Shown in pieces: positions 28,743-38,364 of a stretch of DNA of 64,000 bases. This DNA is from a virus. Where the stretch lies: the IMG/VR virus record IMGVR_UViG_3300028920_000045, positions 43,750-107,749 of that record; one strand, written 5' to 3'. Position numbers and translations under genes: made by a program. Position 1 is the first letter of the stretch. Each line of letters opens with the position of its first letter. A model generated the notes under the pieces. That model did no database searches. It was not told the DNA's origin and was given only the letters and a program-made list of their open reading frames with translations.

Positions 28743-28783
28743 ACGGGACGCCCGGGATGGTCTCGGGCGTCCCGTCTTTCTCC
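28743..28783 (+). terminator. Probable intrinsic terminator
   Basis: ACGGGACGCCCG(G)GA-TGG-TC(T)CGGGCGTCCCGT hairpin followed by CTTTCT. Confidence 0.6.
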
Positions 28784-28802
28784 CTAACCGGAAGGGTTGA
28801 GC

Positions 28803-29660
28803 ATGGCACCCGGACTCGAAGAACTCCGGTCTCGGTTCTCGAAGGTCGGAAAGGCCGAGAGAGAGAAGAAGGCCGAAGAGGAACGGATCGCTCTCCGGGA
28901 GCGAGAGGTCAAGATGGTCGACCTCACCCTCAAGGGACTGGTCGACGCCCGGTCCGAACTCCGACTCCAGAACGAGGAGGCGGTTCGTCGAGGTGGAGAG
29001 GGTGTCGACGTCCCCGACTGTCTCGGGTTCTGTGAGGCCAGGAACCGGGAGAAGGCCAAGAGGGATACCTGTCGGGCCTGCGGGGTCCGTGGGAATTGTG
29101 AGTCGACCGACCGAGACCTCGGGGTCTGGAAGAACCTCAAGGCGTACGCTCCTCGGTGCTTCATACAGGGGCTCAACCGGAAGGACAGGAAGAACCGTAT
29201 CCAGTGCAACGCTTGTCCGTACAAGACCCCCTGTGTCGGCCATCGGGAGTACCGGGCTCTCCTGAAAAAGAGGGAGTTCTTCCAGAAGAAACAGAAGGAG
29301 AAGGAAGAGAGGGACCGGAAGGAAGAGGAGGCTCTCGCCCGAGCTGCCAAAGCACCAGACGAGATCAAGACCGACGTCGTCTTCGAGCGGTACGAGTATC
29401 GCGGGCTCACGGCCAAGGGCCGACGGTCCGAGAAGTTCTGGGAGGTCGCTCGTCGAGGACGGTTCCTCCTCCGACGGTGGGGGAAGATCAGGGGGACGAA
29501 GGTCGACCGTCTCCTCAACGTCTACTCGTCCGATACCGTGGCTCAAGAGAGGATGGACGAACTCACGTCCCAGAAGACGGGCAAGGGGTACCGGTACGAC
29601 AGCCGACCGACTCGGTCCGTCGTGATCCGCCCCGACTCGAAGACCTGGGTCGAGGCTTGA
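28803..29660 (+). CDS. Protein with two Cys4 modules and a C-terminal WGR domain
   Basis: KFWEV...RRWGKIRGT...QKTGKGY (WGR); PDCLG..CRACGVRGNC and PRCF..CNACPYKTPC. Confidence 0.7.
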   Translation: MAPGLEELRSRFSKVGKAEREKKAEEERIALREREVKMVDLTLKGLVDARSELRLQNEEAVRRGGEGVDVPDCLGFCEARNREKAKRDTCRACGVRGNCESTDRDLGVWKNLKAYAPRCFIQGLNRKDRKNRIQCNACPYKTPCVGHREYRALLKKREFFQKKQKEKEERDRKEEEALARAAKAPDEIKTDVVFERYEYRGLTAKGRRSEKFWEVARRGRFLLRRWGKIRGTKVDRLLNVYSSDTVAQERMDELTSQKTGKGYRYDSRPTRSVVIRPDSKTWVEA

Positions 29661-29670
29661 CGGAGGACTC

Positions 29671-29988
29671 ATGCCAGAGTATACGAAGTGTCCCCATTGT
29701 GGATTTGCCGTCCCGATCCCCGGGACCAGGAAGAAGAGGACGACGAGGGTGATCGCTGGAGTGCCTGGTCAGTGGGAACCGACCGACTACCAGGGAGCAC
29801 GGAAGGGGGACGAGGTCCTTCTCGTTTTCGGGGTCGGGAAGAAGTCGCAGACCACTCGGGGCAGGGTCGTCCGGAAGTACCGGGGGATCTATCTTCGGAC
29901 CATCGGACCGCAACCGACGACTCGTACGTTCTTCGATGTCCCGACCGTGGACTCTGCGACGTCTGTCTTCCGGAGGGTGAGGACGTGA
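29671..29988 (+). CDS. Hypothetical protein (N-terminal CPHC)
   Basis: RBS GGAGGA; packed ORF. Confidence 0.55.
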   Translation: MPEYTKCPHCGFAVPIPGTRKKRTTRVIAGVPGQWEPTDYQGARKGDEVLLVFGVGKKSQTTRGRVVRKYRGIYLRTIGPQPTTRTFFDVPTVDSATSVFRRVRT

Positions 29989-30710
29989 CCCGTTCCAGGA
30001 AGATCCCTCCGGAGAGGGTCCGACCCGAGGTGGCCGTCTCCCCGGAGAACGTCCGGAAGTACGTCCGACTCCTTCGGACCCAGGCCATGAGACTCGCCCG
30101 AGCCGAACGGACCGGGATCGATGACGCCGACCAGGAGATCGCACTCCTGGTTATGGAGGCTCTCCCGAAGTACGACCCCCACCGGGCGACGGTCCGACAG
30201 TGGGTCCGACTCTACGTCACCGGCCGGGTCCGAGACCGGGTCGCCTCGGCATCGGCCGTGAAGAACCGTCCGACCGTCTGGACGTACGACCAGGTCTGGG
30301 GATGGTACCGTCAACCGGCCCAGGCGACTCCCGGGATCGAGGAAGACCAGGAGTCCGAAGATCTGACCACGACCGAGGACCAGTTCTTCGAGTCCGAACG
30401 TCGTGTCCGATTCGAGGAGGCCATCGCAGAGGCAGAGTCCGAACTTCGACGAACGGTCCGACCTGGTCAGGCCGACATCGCCGTCAAGGTCTTTCGGACT
30501 CGTCTGGAGGAGGCGACGGAGACGGGACGACAGAGACGACAGAACCCCCGGGCGACGGTTGAGTCCCTGGGGATCTCGTACTATGAGGAGAGACGACTCT
30601 GGCTCCAGGGTCGGACCCTCCTCCGGAGAGCACTCCGACAGAGAGGAGAACTCGGAGCCCCGGAGAGGGTCCGACCCCGAACTATTCACCACAAGGGCGA
30701 ACGCCCGTAA
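29985..30710 (+). CDS. Phage-encoded sigma70-family RNA polymerase sigma factor
   Basis: Region-2-like DDADQEIALLVMEALPKYDPHRATVRQWVRLYVTGRVRD; region-4-like VESLGISYYEERRLW; size typical of ECF/phage sigmas. Confidence 0.7.
   Translation: MTRSRKIPPERVRPEVAVSPENVRKYVRLLRTQAMRLARAERTGIDDADQEIALLVMEALPKYDPHRATVRQWVRLYVTGRVRDRVASASAVKNRPTVWTYDQVWGWYRQPAQATPGIEEDQESEDLTTTEDQFFESERRVRFEEAIAEAESELRRTVRPGQADIAVKVFRTRLEEATETGRQRRQNPRATVESLGISYYEERRLWLQGRTLLRRALRQRGELGAPERVRPRTIHHKGERP
30676..30687 (+). promoter_or_regulatory. Candidate phage promoter motif CCCGAACTATTC
   Basis: Matches the motif family; about 50 nt upstream of ATG 30738, within the sigma gene 3' end. Confidence 0.4.
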
Positions 30711-30737
30711 CTGGAGAGAGAGGGAGGACGAGGAACG

Positions 30738-31958
30738 ATGGCGAAGAAGAAGAAGACGAAGTCCGAGGACGAGCACTCGATCCCGAAGTGTCTGGGGTTC
30801 CATGCCGGGGACTCGACCTGCGACGGTGACCCCGAGGCGGCTGACCCGGAGATGCGGGAGAGCTGCCCGGTCCGGGAGGAGTGCATCCGGCTCCAGTCCT
30901 ACGCCACCGAGACCGGGGAGGACGCGGACGAGCTGATCAAGGGCCACGCCTCGGTCGAGTCCGTGGTCCGGATGCTCGACGAGCAGGAGGACGACGACTC
31001 CGACGTCGAGGACGAGGACGACTCCGACGTCGAGGACGAGGAGGAGGACGTCGAGGACGAGGAGGAGGACGTCGAGGACGACTCCGACGTCGAGGACGAG
31101 GACGACGTCGAGGACGACGTCGAGGACGAGGACGAGAACCAGGAGTCCGAGGAGGACGAGGAGGAGGCCGAGCCGATGCCGACGAAGAAGACCAAGGACA
31201 AGACCAAGGACAAGACGACGACGAAGAAGGAGTCGACCAAGTCGAAGACCAAGTCGACGAAGAAGACCTCGAAGAAGTCGTCGAAGAAGAAGACGGCCCC
31301 CGCCAAGGACGAGACCTCGAAGAAGTCGTCGAAGAAGAAGACGGCCAAGGCCAAGACCAAGGACTCGGGGTCGAAGAAGACCTCGAAGAAGAAGACCGAG
31401 CCCGAGAAGCCCGAGTGCTTCGAGGACGAGACCAAGTACAACGGGAACGTGGACCCCTGCAAGTCCTGTCCGGTCGGGAAGGAGTGCAAGACCCGGGTCT
31501 ACACGAAGCGGACCCTCGCCCGTCGGAAGGCGAAGAAGAAGGAGACGGCCCAGGAGCCGCCGAAGAAGCCGAAGACGACCACGACCAAGGGGTCGACCCC
31601 GAAGTCGCCCCAGACGTCGGCTCCGGTCGCCACGGACGGCAACCCGGTCCTCGGGGTCGCCCACTCCCAGGGGTGGGACGTCCAGGACTTCGGGACGTAC
31701 CAGGAGGTCGGTCGGTTCGTCGGCCGGGGCCAGACCCCCGAGGTCTTCCTCCGGGTCTTCGAGGACGGGGCGTTCCTCCGGGTCGCCACCTCCGACACCT
31801 CCCCGGCCGGTCTCCGGGCCGACCCGTCATTCCTGGTCGAGACCCTCAAGGCGAAGAAGTCCGACGCCCCCGGCTTCGACTTCGACCTGGAGGTCAAGAC
31901 CAAGGGCGTCCGGAAGTCCCTGATCGAGACCCTGACCGACGAGCCCTCGATCATCTAG
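30738..31958 (+). CDS. Hypothetical protein: Cys4 module, acidic block, Lys/Thr/Ser block, Cys4 module, globular C-terminus
   Basis: Composition directly visible; strong RBS. Confidence 0.75.
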   Translation: MAKKKKTKSEDEHSIPKCLGFHAGDSTCDGDPEAADPEMRESCPVREECIRLQSYATETGEDADELIKGHASVESVVRMLDEQEDDDSDVEDEDDSDVEDEEEDVEDEEEDVEDDSDVEDEDDVEDDVEDEDENQESEEDEEEAEPMPTKKTKDKTKDKTTTKKESTKSKTKSTKKTSKKSSKKKTAPAKDETSKKSSKKKTAKAKTKDSGSKKTSKKKTEPEKPECFEDETKYNGNVDPCKSCPVGKECKTRVYTKRTLARRKAKKKETAQEPPKKPKTTTTKGSTPKSPQTSAPVATDGNPVLGVAHSQGWDVQDFGTYQEVGRFVGRGQTPEVFLRVFEDGAFLRVATSDTSPAGLRADPSFLVETLKAKKSDAPGFDFDLEVKTKGVRKSLIETLTDEPSII

Positions 31959-31968
31959 GAGGTCCGAC

Positions 31969-32586
31969 GTGGCCCCTTCCATCGACGACCTCCGGAAACG
32001 ATACCGTCCCGGACGTCGGAAGAAGGACGACGAGACCGAGACCTCTGGCCGTGGTGGTCGGGGGTCTCGGTCAACCCGTCCTTGTATCCGGTGCAAGGGC
32101 CAGGGTACGGTCGGGGGGGACGAGTTCTCGAAGACGGCCGAGGTCCGGTGTCCTCGGTGCGGGGGGACGGGGATCGATCCCGACACACCCCACGAAGAAC
32201 GACGGCCCCGACGAGCCGGGACCGAGGTTGACCCCGAGGACCTCTTCCGTACTCCCGACGAGAGGAAGAAGGCCAGGCAGAAGAAGGTCAACCCGAAAGC
32301 CCTGGCCGACAAGGTCCGGAAGAAGACCGGGAAGAAGTACAAGATCGTCGACGACGGCCGTGGTCACAAGGACGCGGTCCTCTACTTCGGGAAGTACTCC
32401 GGGTCGAAGGTCTCTCACCTGGTCGCGGACGAGGATGGACGGAGCTATCTTCTCTGGGTCCTCAAGGAAGGATTCGAGGACGAACTCAAGGAAGTCGTCG
32501 TCCACCGTCTCCACCTCGAAGGGTACGACCCGGCCGAACGGATGTCAGACCCCCGAGGTACCCTCCCCCGTCGGACCCCTTTCTAG
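31969..32586 (+). CDS. Protein with DnaJ-type CxxCxGxG repeats and a C-terminal FGKY (DUF3820/ExoX-C-like) domain
   Basis: CIRCKGQG, CPRCGGTG; LYFGKYSG...SYLLW. Confidence 0.6.
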   Translation: MAPSIDDLRKRYRPGRRKKDDETETSGRGGRGSRSTRPCIRCKGQGTVGGDEFSKTAEVRCPRCGGTGIDPDTPHEERRPRRAGTEVDPEDLFRTPDERKKARQKKVNPKALADKVRKKTGKKYKIVDDGRGHKDAVLYFGKYSGSKVSHLVADEDGRSYLLWVLKEGFEDELKEVVVHRLHLEGYDPAERMSDPRGTLPRRTPF

Positions 32587-32604
32587 CACCTCGGAGGTGC
32601 CGTC

Positions 32605-35600
32605 TTGAGTCCCACTGCTGACCCCTGGGTCAATCTTCACGTTCACTCTATGTTCTCCCTCCTCGACGGGGTCGGGTCGTATGAGGACTATGCGAAGAGG
32701 TTGATCCGGTGGAGGGAGAAGGTCGGACTCAAGGGACCGGGGTACCTCGCCGCGACCGAGCACGGGTCGATGCGGGGGATCGTCCGTCTCCAGAAGGTCG
32801 CAGAGGAGAACGACCTCCGACCCATCTTCGGGATCGAGTTCTACACGGCCGAGGACCTCACCGTTAAGTCTCTCTCCGACGCGGACAAGAGTCTCGTCCA
32901 GAAGGAACCGTTCCGGGAGAGACGGTCGTTCCAGGCTCGACTCGAAAAGTACCGGGGAATCCGACCCCGGTGGCACCTCACCGCCTGGGCCTTGAACGAG
33001 ACCGGACTCCGGAACCTGATCCGTCTCTCCTCGATTGCCTGGATAGACGGGTTCTATTACAAGCCCCGGATCGACTTCCCCACCCTGGAGAAGTACTCGG
33101 ACGGGATCGCCATCGGGTCGGCTTGCCTGGCCGGTCCTCTCTGTTCTCCGGTCCTCGACGGTGAGCCGTTGGTCGCCGTCGAGAACGCGGTCTTCCTCAA
33201 GGACGTCTTCGGTGATCGGTTCTACGTCGAGATCATGGCGAACGGTATCCCCGAGCAGGACCGGGCGAACCGTGCTCTCGTCCGTATCGCCCGACGACTC
33301 GACCTCCCGTTGATCGCCACGGTGGACAGTCATTACACACAGCCTCGGGACTGGAGACTCCAGGAGGCGCTACTCTGTGTCCAGACGAACGACAAGATCG
33401 CCAACCCTAAACGGTTCCAGTTCTCCTCTCGGGACTTCTGGTACAAGACCGGAGACGAAGTCCGAAAGGGGTTCCGCCAGTACCATCCCTGGCTCAAGAC
33501 CTCGGTCGTCCGACGGGCGATTCGGACCACGGCCGAACTCGCGGAGAGGTGCGAGGCGACCTTGACCCTCGACCCCTTGGCAGCTCTCCTTCCGACGCCG
33601 TCCGACCGGGACACGACACCCGAGGAGGACTTCGAGGCTCTCCGGGACCTGTGTGTCGAGGGGTGGGTCTGGAGACGGATCGAGGACCGGGCCAAGTTCG
33701 TCGCGGGGGTGAGGAAGTCCTCGGTCTCTCGGGTCGTGAAGGAGTATAAGAAACGACTCGCCCACGAACTCCGAGTCCTCCGGGAGAAGAAGTTTTCCCG
33801 GTACATCCTGGTCCTGTATGACCTGGTCCAGTGGGCGAGGGATCAAGGGATCTTTGTAGGACCAGGACGAGGGTCGGCGGCGGGGTGTCTGGTCGCGTAC
33901 CTCGTCGGGGTGACGTCGATGGACCCGGTCGAGCACGGACTCCTATTCGAGAGGTTCCTCCCTCCTGGTCGAGTGGACTTCCCGGACATCGACGTCGACT
34001 TCGAGAAGGAGAGACGACCCGAGGTGATCCAGTACCTCGTCGACAAGTACGGTCGAGGGAGCACGGCCCAGATCTCGACGTACTCGACCATGAAAGGGAG
34101 GGGTTGTTTCCGGGACGTTGCCAGGGTGTACTCGGTCTCCACGACCGAGACGAACCGGGTGGCCTCTGCCATCCTCCAGAGACTCCCAGGACACGAACGA
34201 GAGGACCACTGTATCGAGGACTCTCTCGATACGTCTCCCGAGTGCAAGGCCTTCCGGAAGAAGAACCCGGTCGTCTTCTCGGTGGCCGAACGTCTGGAGG
34301 GGACCATCCGTCAAGTCGGTCTCCACGCGGCCGGGGTCGTGGTCACTCCGAACCCGCTGATCGAGATCGTCCCTCTGGAGTCACGGGTCGACCCAGACAC
34401 GAAGGCCCGGGTCCCGGTGATCGCTGTCGACTTCCGGGACGCCCAGGAACTCGGGTTGATCAAACTCGACGCTCTCGGTCTCAAGCACCTCACGGCAATC
34501 CGTCACTCCCTCCAGGCCGTCGAGGATCTGTACGGTGGGGCGATCACCCTGGAGGACCTGGAGTCGGAGCACTACCAGGACCCGAAGGTCCTCGGCGCGT
34601 TTGACGATCCGGCGAACCGGGTGGGGGTCTTCCAGTTTGACTCTCCGACCATGTCGTCGATCATGACCTTCCCGGTGACCAGATTCGAGGACCTGGTCGC
34701 ACTCAACGCACTCAACCGTCCCGGGGCCATGAGGTCAGGACTCGCCCGACGGTACGCCGCCCGAGCCCGGAAGGGAACCAAGCCGAAGAAGGTCCATCCG
34801 ATCCTCGACCGGATCACGTTCCCGACTCTCGGGGTCCTTTGCTACCAGGAGCAGGTGACCAGGGTCTTCGTCGAGCTGGCAGGGTACGACCCCGGGGACG
34901 CCGACAAGATCCGGAAGAAGATCGGAAAGAGTGAGGGTGAGAAGGCCATCGCTCCGGAGAAGACGAAGTTCGTGACCGGTGCTGTCGACCGTGGTCTGGA
35001 CGAGGACAAGTCGAAGGTCCTCTTCGCCCAGATCCTCAAGTTCGGCGGGTACGCTTTCAATAAGTCCCACGCCGCTGCGTATTCGGCTCTGGCATACTGG
35101 GAAATGAGACTCCTCGTCGAGTTCCCCGACACGTTCTTCCTCGGTCTCCTCCAGGCCGAGGATCAACTTCCGAAGGTCGCCCGGTATATCGAGACGTCGT
35201 CTCGGCACGGTGTCGACGTTCTTCCTCCGGACGTGAACGAGTCGACGACCCGGTACCGTCTGGTCCACCGCAACACGATTCGATGTCCCCTCAACGGACT
35301 CAAGGGTATCGGTGCGAAAGCTGCCGACTCGATAGTCAAGGGTCAACCGTTTCGGTCCGTGGCCGACCTGGTCAACCGAACGGACTCCCGGGCCGTGACG
35401 TCGAAGGCCCTGGAGGTTCTGGCCCAGGCAGGAGCCCTCGACTCCCTGGTCCCGAATCGGAGGTACCTGGTCGAGAACGCAAAGGACCTGGCCGAGAGGA
35501 TCAGGAAGAAGGACGGCGAGTCGGTCGACACCGAGGTCAGTCTCTCCGGTTCGTCTCCCGACTACTCGAAGACGGAGAGGATAAGACGGGCGGTCGAGAT

Positions 35601-36333
35601 CGGGGTGTACGGACCTGGTCACTCGCCCCTCGATGCGTACACCGATCTCTGGGAAGAACTGGAGTCTCACGGTGTCGAGTTCGTCCGACTCGGTGACATC
35701 GACTGGAACGAGGCTCTCGTCTGGGTTCGGGCCGTTGCCCGTGAAGCCAAGGCGATCACGACCGACGACGGACGGGTCGCAAACATGGTCCTCACCGACG
35801 GGTCTGGTCCGGACATCCGGGCGAGGGTGGAGACCAAGGAACTCGACCGATTCGAGAGAGCCGCCACGAAGGCACAAGGAAAGGCCGTCCTCGTCCGGGC
35901 AGGACTCAACGCGAAGTCGAAGGGTCTCCGAGTACTCAAGGTCTTCCTGGCCGAAGACTTCCACGCACACTGGCGGTCGAAGGAACTGACCGACGAGGAG
36001 AAGAGGGTCTTCCGTCACCCCCTCCACGGTATCCGTCCGAGGTACAACGTGAGGAAGGCCATCGCAGACGAGGACGTCGGTCTCCTCTCGTTCGTCGGTC
36101 GGATCGAGTCGGTCAAGATCTGGGAGGACAGGAAAAAGAAGAAGATGGCCTTCTTCGATGTCCAGGCGTGGACAGGGTCGATCCCGGTCGTCTGTTTCGG
36201 GTCGTCGTTCCCCTCGTTCAAGAACGCGATCTATACCGGAGCCGTGGTCAAGGTCGAGGTTCTCCGAGGAGACGGCCCGTCCTGGGTCCTCGATTCGGAG
36301 TCGGGTTGCTCGATCAAGGACCTCGGACACTGA
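32605..36333 (+). CDS. dnaE: DNA polymerase III alpha subunit
   Basis: HVHSMFSLLDG, GPGRGSAAG, FERFL, PDIDVDF, HAAGVV, YQEQ and YAFNKSHA motifs; TTG start with GGAGG RBS. Confidence 0.97.
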   Translation: MSPTADPWVNLHVHSMFSLLDGVGSYEDYAKRLIRWREKVGLKGPGYLAATEHGSMRGIVRLQKVAEENDLRPIFGIEFYTAEDLTVKSLSDADKSLVQKEPFRERRSFQARLEKYRGIRPRWHLTAWALNETGLRNLIRLSSIAWIDGFYYKPRIDFPTLEKYSDGIAIGSACLAGPLCSPVLDGEPLVAVENAVFLKDVFGDRFYVEIMANGIPEQDRANRALVRIARRLDLPLIATVDSHYTQPRDWRLQEALLCVQTNDKIANPKRFQFSSRDFWYKTGDEVRKGFRQYHPWLKTSVVRRAIRTTAELAERCEATLTLDPLAALLPTPSDRDTTPEEDFEALRDLCVEGWVWRRIEDRAKFVAGVRKSSVSRVVKEYKKRLAHELRVLREKKFSRYILVLYDLVQWARDQGIFVGPGRGSAAGCLVAYLVGVTSMDPVEHGLLFERFLPPGRVDFPDIDVDFEKERRPEVIQYLVDKYGRGSTAQISTYSTMKGRGCFRDVARVYSVSTTETNRVASAILQRLPGHEREDHCIEDSLDTSPECKAFRKKNPVVFSVAERLEGTIRQVGLHAAGVVVTPNPLIEIVPLESRVDPDTKARVPVIAVDFRDAQELGLIKLDALGLKHLTAIRHSLQAVEDLYGGAITLEDLESEHYQDPKVLGAFDDPANRVGVFQFDSPTMSSIMTFPVTRFEDLVALNALNRPGAMRSGLARRYAARARKGTKPKKVHPILDRITFPTLGVLCYQEQVTRVFVELAGYDPGDADKIRKKIGKSEGEKAIAPEKTKFVTGAVDRGLDEDKSKVLFAQILKFGGYAFNKSHAAAYSALAYWEMRLLVEFPDTFFLGLLQAEDQLPKVARYIETSSRHGVDVLPPDVNESTTRYRLVHRNTIRCPLNGLKGIGAKAADSIVKGQPFRSVADLVNRTDSRAVTSKALEVLAQAGALDSLVPNRRYLVENAKDLAERIRKKDGESVDTEVSLSGSSPDYSKTERIRRAVEIGVYGPGHSPLDAYTDLWEELESHGVEFVRLGDIDWNEALVWVRAVAREAKAITTDDGRVANMVLTDGSGPDIRARVETKELDRFERAATKAQGKAVLVRAGLNAKSKGLRVLKVFLAEDFHAHWRSKELTDEEKRVFRHPLHGIRPRYNVRKAIADEDVGLLSFVGRIESVKIWEDRKKKKMAFFDVQAWTGSIPVVCFGSSFPSFKNAIYTGAVVKVEVLRGDGPSWVLDSESGCSIKDLGH

Positions 36334-36345
36334 CACGAACCCTGG

Positions 36346-36361
36346 CAGCTCTCGAAGTATC
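36346..36361 (+). promoter_or_regulatory. Candidate phage promoter motif CAGCTCTCGAAGTATC
   Basis: Intergenic; identical to 18151-18166; about 34 nt before ATG 36395. Confidence 0.55.
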
Positions 36362-36394
36362 AGAGGGACACGAACCCCAGGAGGAAAAGAGACC

Positions 36395-36943
36395 ATGCCC
36401 GAGAAGATCGTGATCAAGATCAACGGAGAGGATGTCAACGTCACGTCCGACCTCGTCGTCGGACCGGACCTCGACAGGGAACTCGACCGGGGGTCGGCCC
36501 TCGTCGCCAAGTACGGCCGTCTCCTGTCGAGAGCCCAGAACAAGGAAGCCCAGTGCCTCGCGGAGTACCGGCACTGGCGAGCCCGACAGACCGAGACCAT
36601 CCTCCAGGCCGACCCGAAACTGGCCGAGTGGAAGGTCAAGGCCAAGGTCGAGAGCCTCCCCCAGTTCCTCCAGCACAAGGAAGACATTGCGTCGGCCGAG
36701 GAGGAGACGCACGGTCTCTGGGGTGTGTACGAGGCCGTCTGCCGACGGTGTGACCTCCTCCAGTCCCGGAACTCCAGGGACGTCCGGAACCTGTCGACTC
36801 TCGGGACCGACGGTCTCCCGGGCGAGGAGGAGATCGACAAGGCCGAGAAGACCCGACGGGTCAGTGAGATCGTCGGGCGGAAGAAGAAGTCGAAGACCAA
36901 GGGCGCACCGACTCGGGAGCGTCCGAAGAAGACGCGGTCCTAG
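36395..36943 (+). CDS. Putative recombination mediator (UvsY-like)
   Basis: Helical protein upstream of SSB and RecA; call rests mainly on synteny. Confidence 0.5.
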   Translation: MPEKIVIKINGEDVNVTSDLVVGPDLDRELDRGSALVAKYGRLLSRAQNKEAQCLAEYRHWRARQTETILQADPKLAEWKVKAKVESLPQFLQHKEDIASAEEETHGLWGVYEAVCRRCDLLQSRNSRDVRNLSTLGTDGLPGEEEIDKAEKTRRVSEIVGRKKKSKTKGAPTRERPKKTRS

Positions 36944-36967
36944 TCGGACCAGAGAAGGAGAGAAGAC

Positions 36968-38260
36968 ATGGGAACTGACCTCGACAAGCTCCGGAAGTAC
37001 AAGAAAGACAGAGCCACGGGGAGGAACCTCCTGATCCCCGAGGGCGACTCCCTCGTGTACATCGCCCCGCCCGCCCGGGAGGACTGGGACCTCCCGTTCC
37101 TGGAGACGGCCGTTCACTTCGGGTTCCCCGGTGGTCCGAAGCTCTGCCTCAACTCCGACCGGAACCCGCTCCTCAAGGACCCCGAGTTCCTCAAGGTGGC
37201 GAAGAAGGCCGGGGTCGACGTCAACGGTCCCTGCAAGATCTGTCAGAAGCTCTCGGGGAAGCCCGGGAAGCCGGGTCTCTGGGACACGGACAAGGAAGCC
37301 GCCCGGAAGATCTCCGCGAGCAACCGGTTCCTGATGATCGCCGGTCGCCTCTGGGGTCGGAAGGACTCGACCGACTCGTACTCCCCGGTCGAGCCCTTCG
37401 AGCTGAAGCCCCTTCCCGTCGGCAAAAAGATCTGGGAGGCCGTGGTCGACATCTTCCTCGACCTGGAGGTCGACCTCACCGATCCCCTCGCCGCCATCCT
37501 GATCAAGTTCCACCGGGAAGGGACGGGCCTGGAGTCCCAGTACAACATCACCGCCGACCCGAAGACGACGAAGAAGCCCCTCCGTCTCGGGAAGGCCGAG
37601 CGCCGGATGATCCGGGAGGCGCTCGCGGAGGGGTCCGACTGTGATCCCTACCTCGCCGCCCTGGAGTGGTACACCTCCCCCGAGGAGATGTCCGCGCTCC
37701 TGGAGGGGGTCGACCTCGACGACGACGACGAGGACGACGACGACGACGACGAGGTCGAGGCCAAGCCGCCGAAGAAGTCGAAGAAGACCTCGAAGAAGAA
37801 GACCTCGAAGAAGAAGTCGAAGAAGAAGCCCACGTGCTTCGGGATCGACTACTCCTCCGACGACGAGGACTGTGAGGACTGTGAGTTCCGGTCCGAGTGC
37901 GCGGACGAGTCCGGGCACGAGTCCGACGACGACGAGGACGAGGACGAGGACGACGAGGTCGACGAGGTCGAGGACGACGACGAGGACGACGAGGAGGAGG
38001 ACTCCGACGACGAGGACTCCGACGACGACGACGAGGACGAGGACGACGAGGACGACGAGGACGACGAGGACGAGGACGACTCCGACGAGGACCTGGAGGA
38101 CCTGGAGGCGGCTCTCGACAAGAAGACCGGCAAGGGCAAGAAGTCGAAGAAGAAGCCGGTCAAGTCCTCGAAGAAGAAGACCTCGAAGAAGAAGACCTCG
38201 AAGAAGACCTCGAAGAAGAAGTCGAAGAAGACCCCCGCCCGCAAGCGGCCGAAGAAGTAG
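36968..38260 (+). CDS. Single-stranded DNA-binding protein (gp32-like) with long charge-block tail
   Basis: H..C..CKIC zinc site, DLTDP, REGTGLESQY; acidic and Lys-rich C-terminal blocks around a Cys4 module. Confidence 0.75.
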   Translation: MGTDLDKLRKYKKDRATGRNLLIPEGDSLVYIAPPAREDWDLPFLETAVHFGFPGGPKLCLNSDRNPLLKDPEFLKVAKKAGVDVNGPCKICQKLSGKPGKPGLWDTDKEAARKISASNRFLMIAGRLWGRKDSTDSYSPVEPFELKPLPVGKKIWEAVVDIFLDLEVDLTDPLAAILIKFHREGTGLESQYNITADPKTTKKPLRLGKAERRMIREALAEGSDCDPYLAALEWYTSPEEMSALLEGVDLDDDDEDDDDDDEVEAKPPKKSKKTSKKKTSKKKSKKKPTCFGIDYSSDDEDCEDCEFRSECADESGHESDDDEDEDEDDEVDEVEDDDEDDEEEDSDDEDSDDDDEDEDDEDDEDDEDEDDSDEDLEDLEAALDKKTGKGKKSKKKPVKSSKKKTSKKKTSKKTSKKKSKKTPARKRPKK

Positions 38261-38282
38261 CCGTCCCGGTGCCAGGTTCCCA

Positions 38283-38364
38283 GGCAGAACCCCCGGTCCA
38301 GGAGAAACGGTCCCTCTCGTTCCCCCGGACCCTCGACCCCCGCCCGGGGGTTCTGCCGTTTCTT
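38283..38364 (+). terminator. Stem-loop (14-bp perfect stem, 47-nt loop) with T-rich tail
   Basis: GGCAGAACCCCCGG (38283-38296) pairs with CCGGGGGTTCTGCC (38344-38357), followed by GTTTCTT. Confidence 0.55.

Noticed and set aside
32605-36333. Intein or intron in DnaE, DnaB or RecA
   Set aside because: Lengths are normal, motifs are contiguous, and no splice-junction or LAGLIDADG motifs were seen
30990-38220. CRISPR-like or tandem DNA repeats in the GACGAG and AAGAAG tracts
   Set aside because: These are in-frame low-complexity coding sequence (poly-D/E, KKTSKK); there is no repeat-spacer structure and no cas gene
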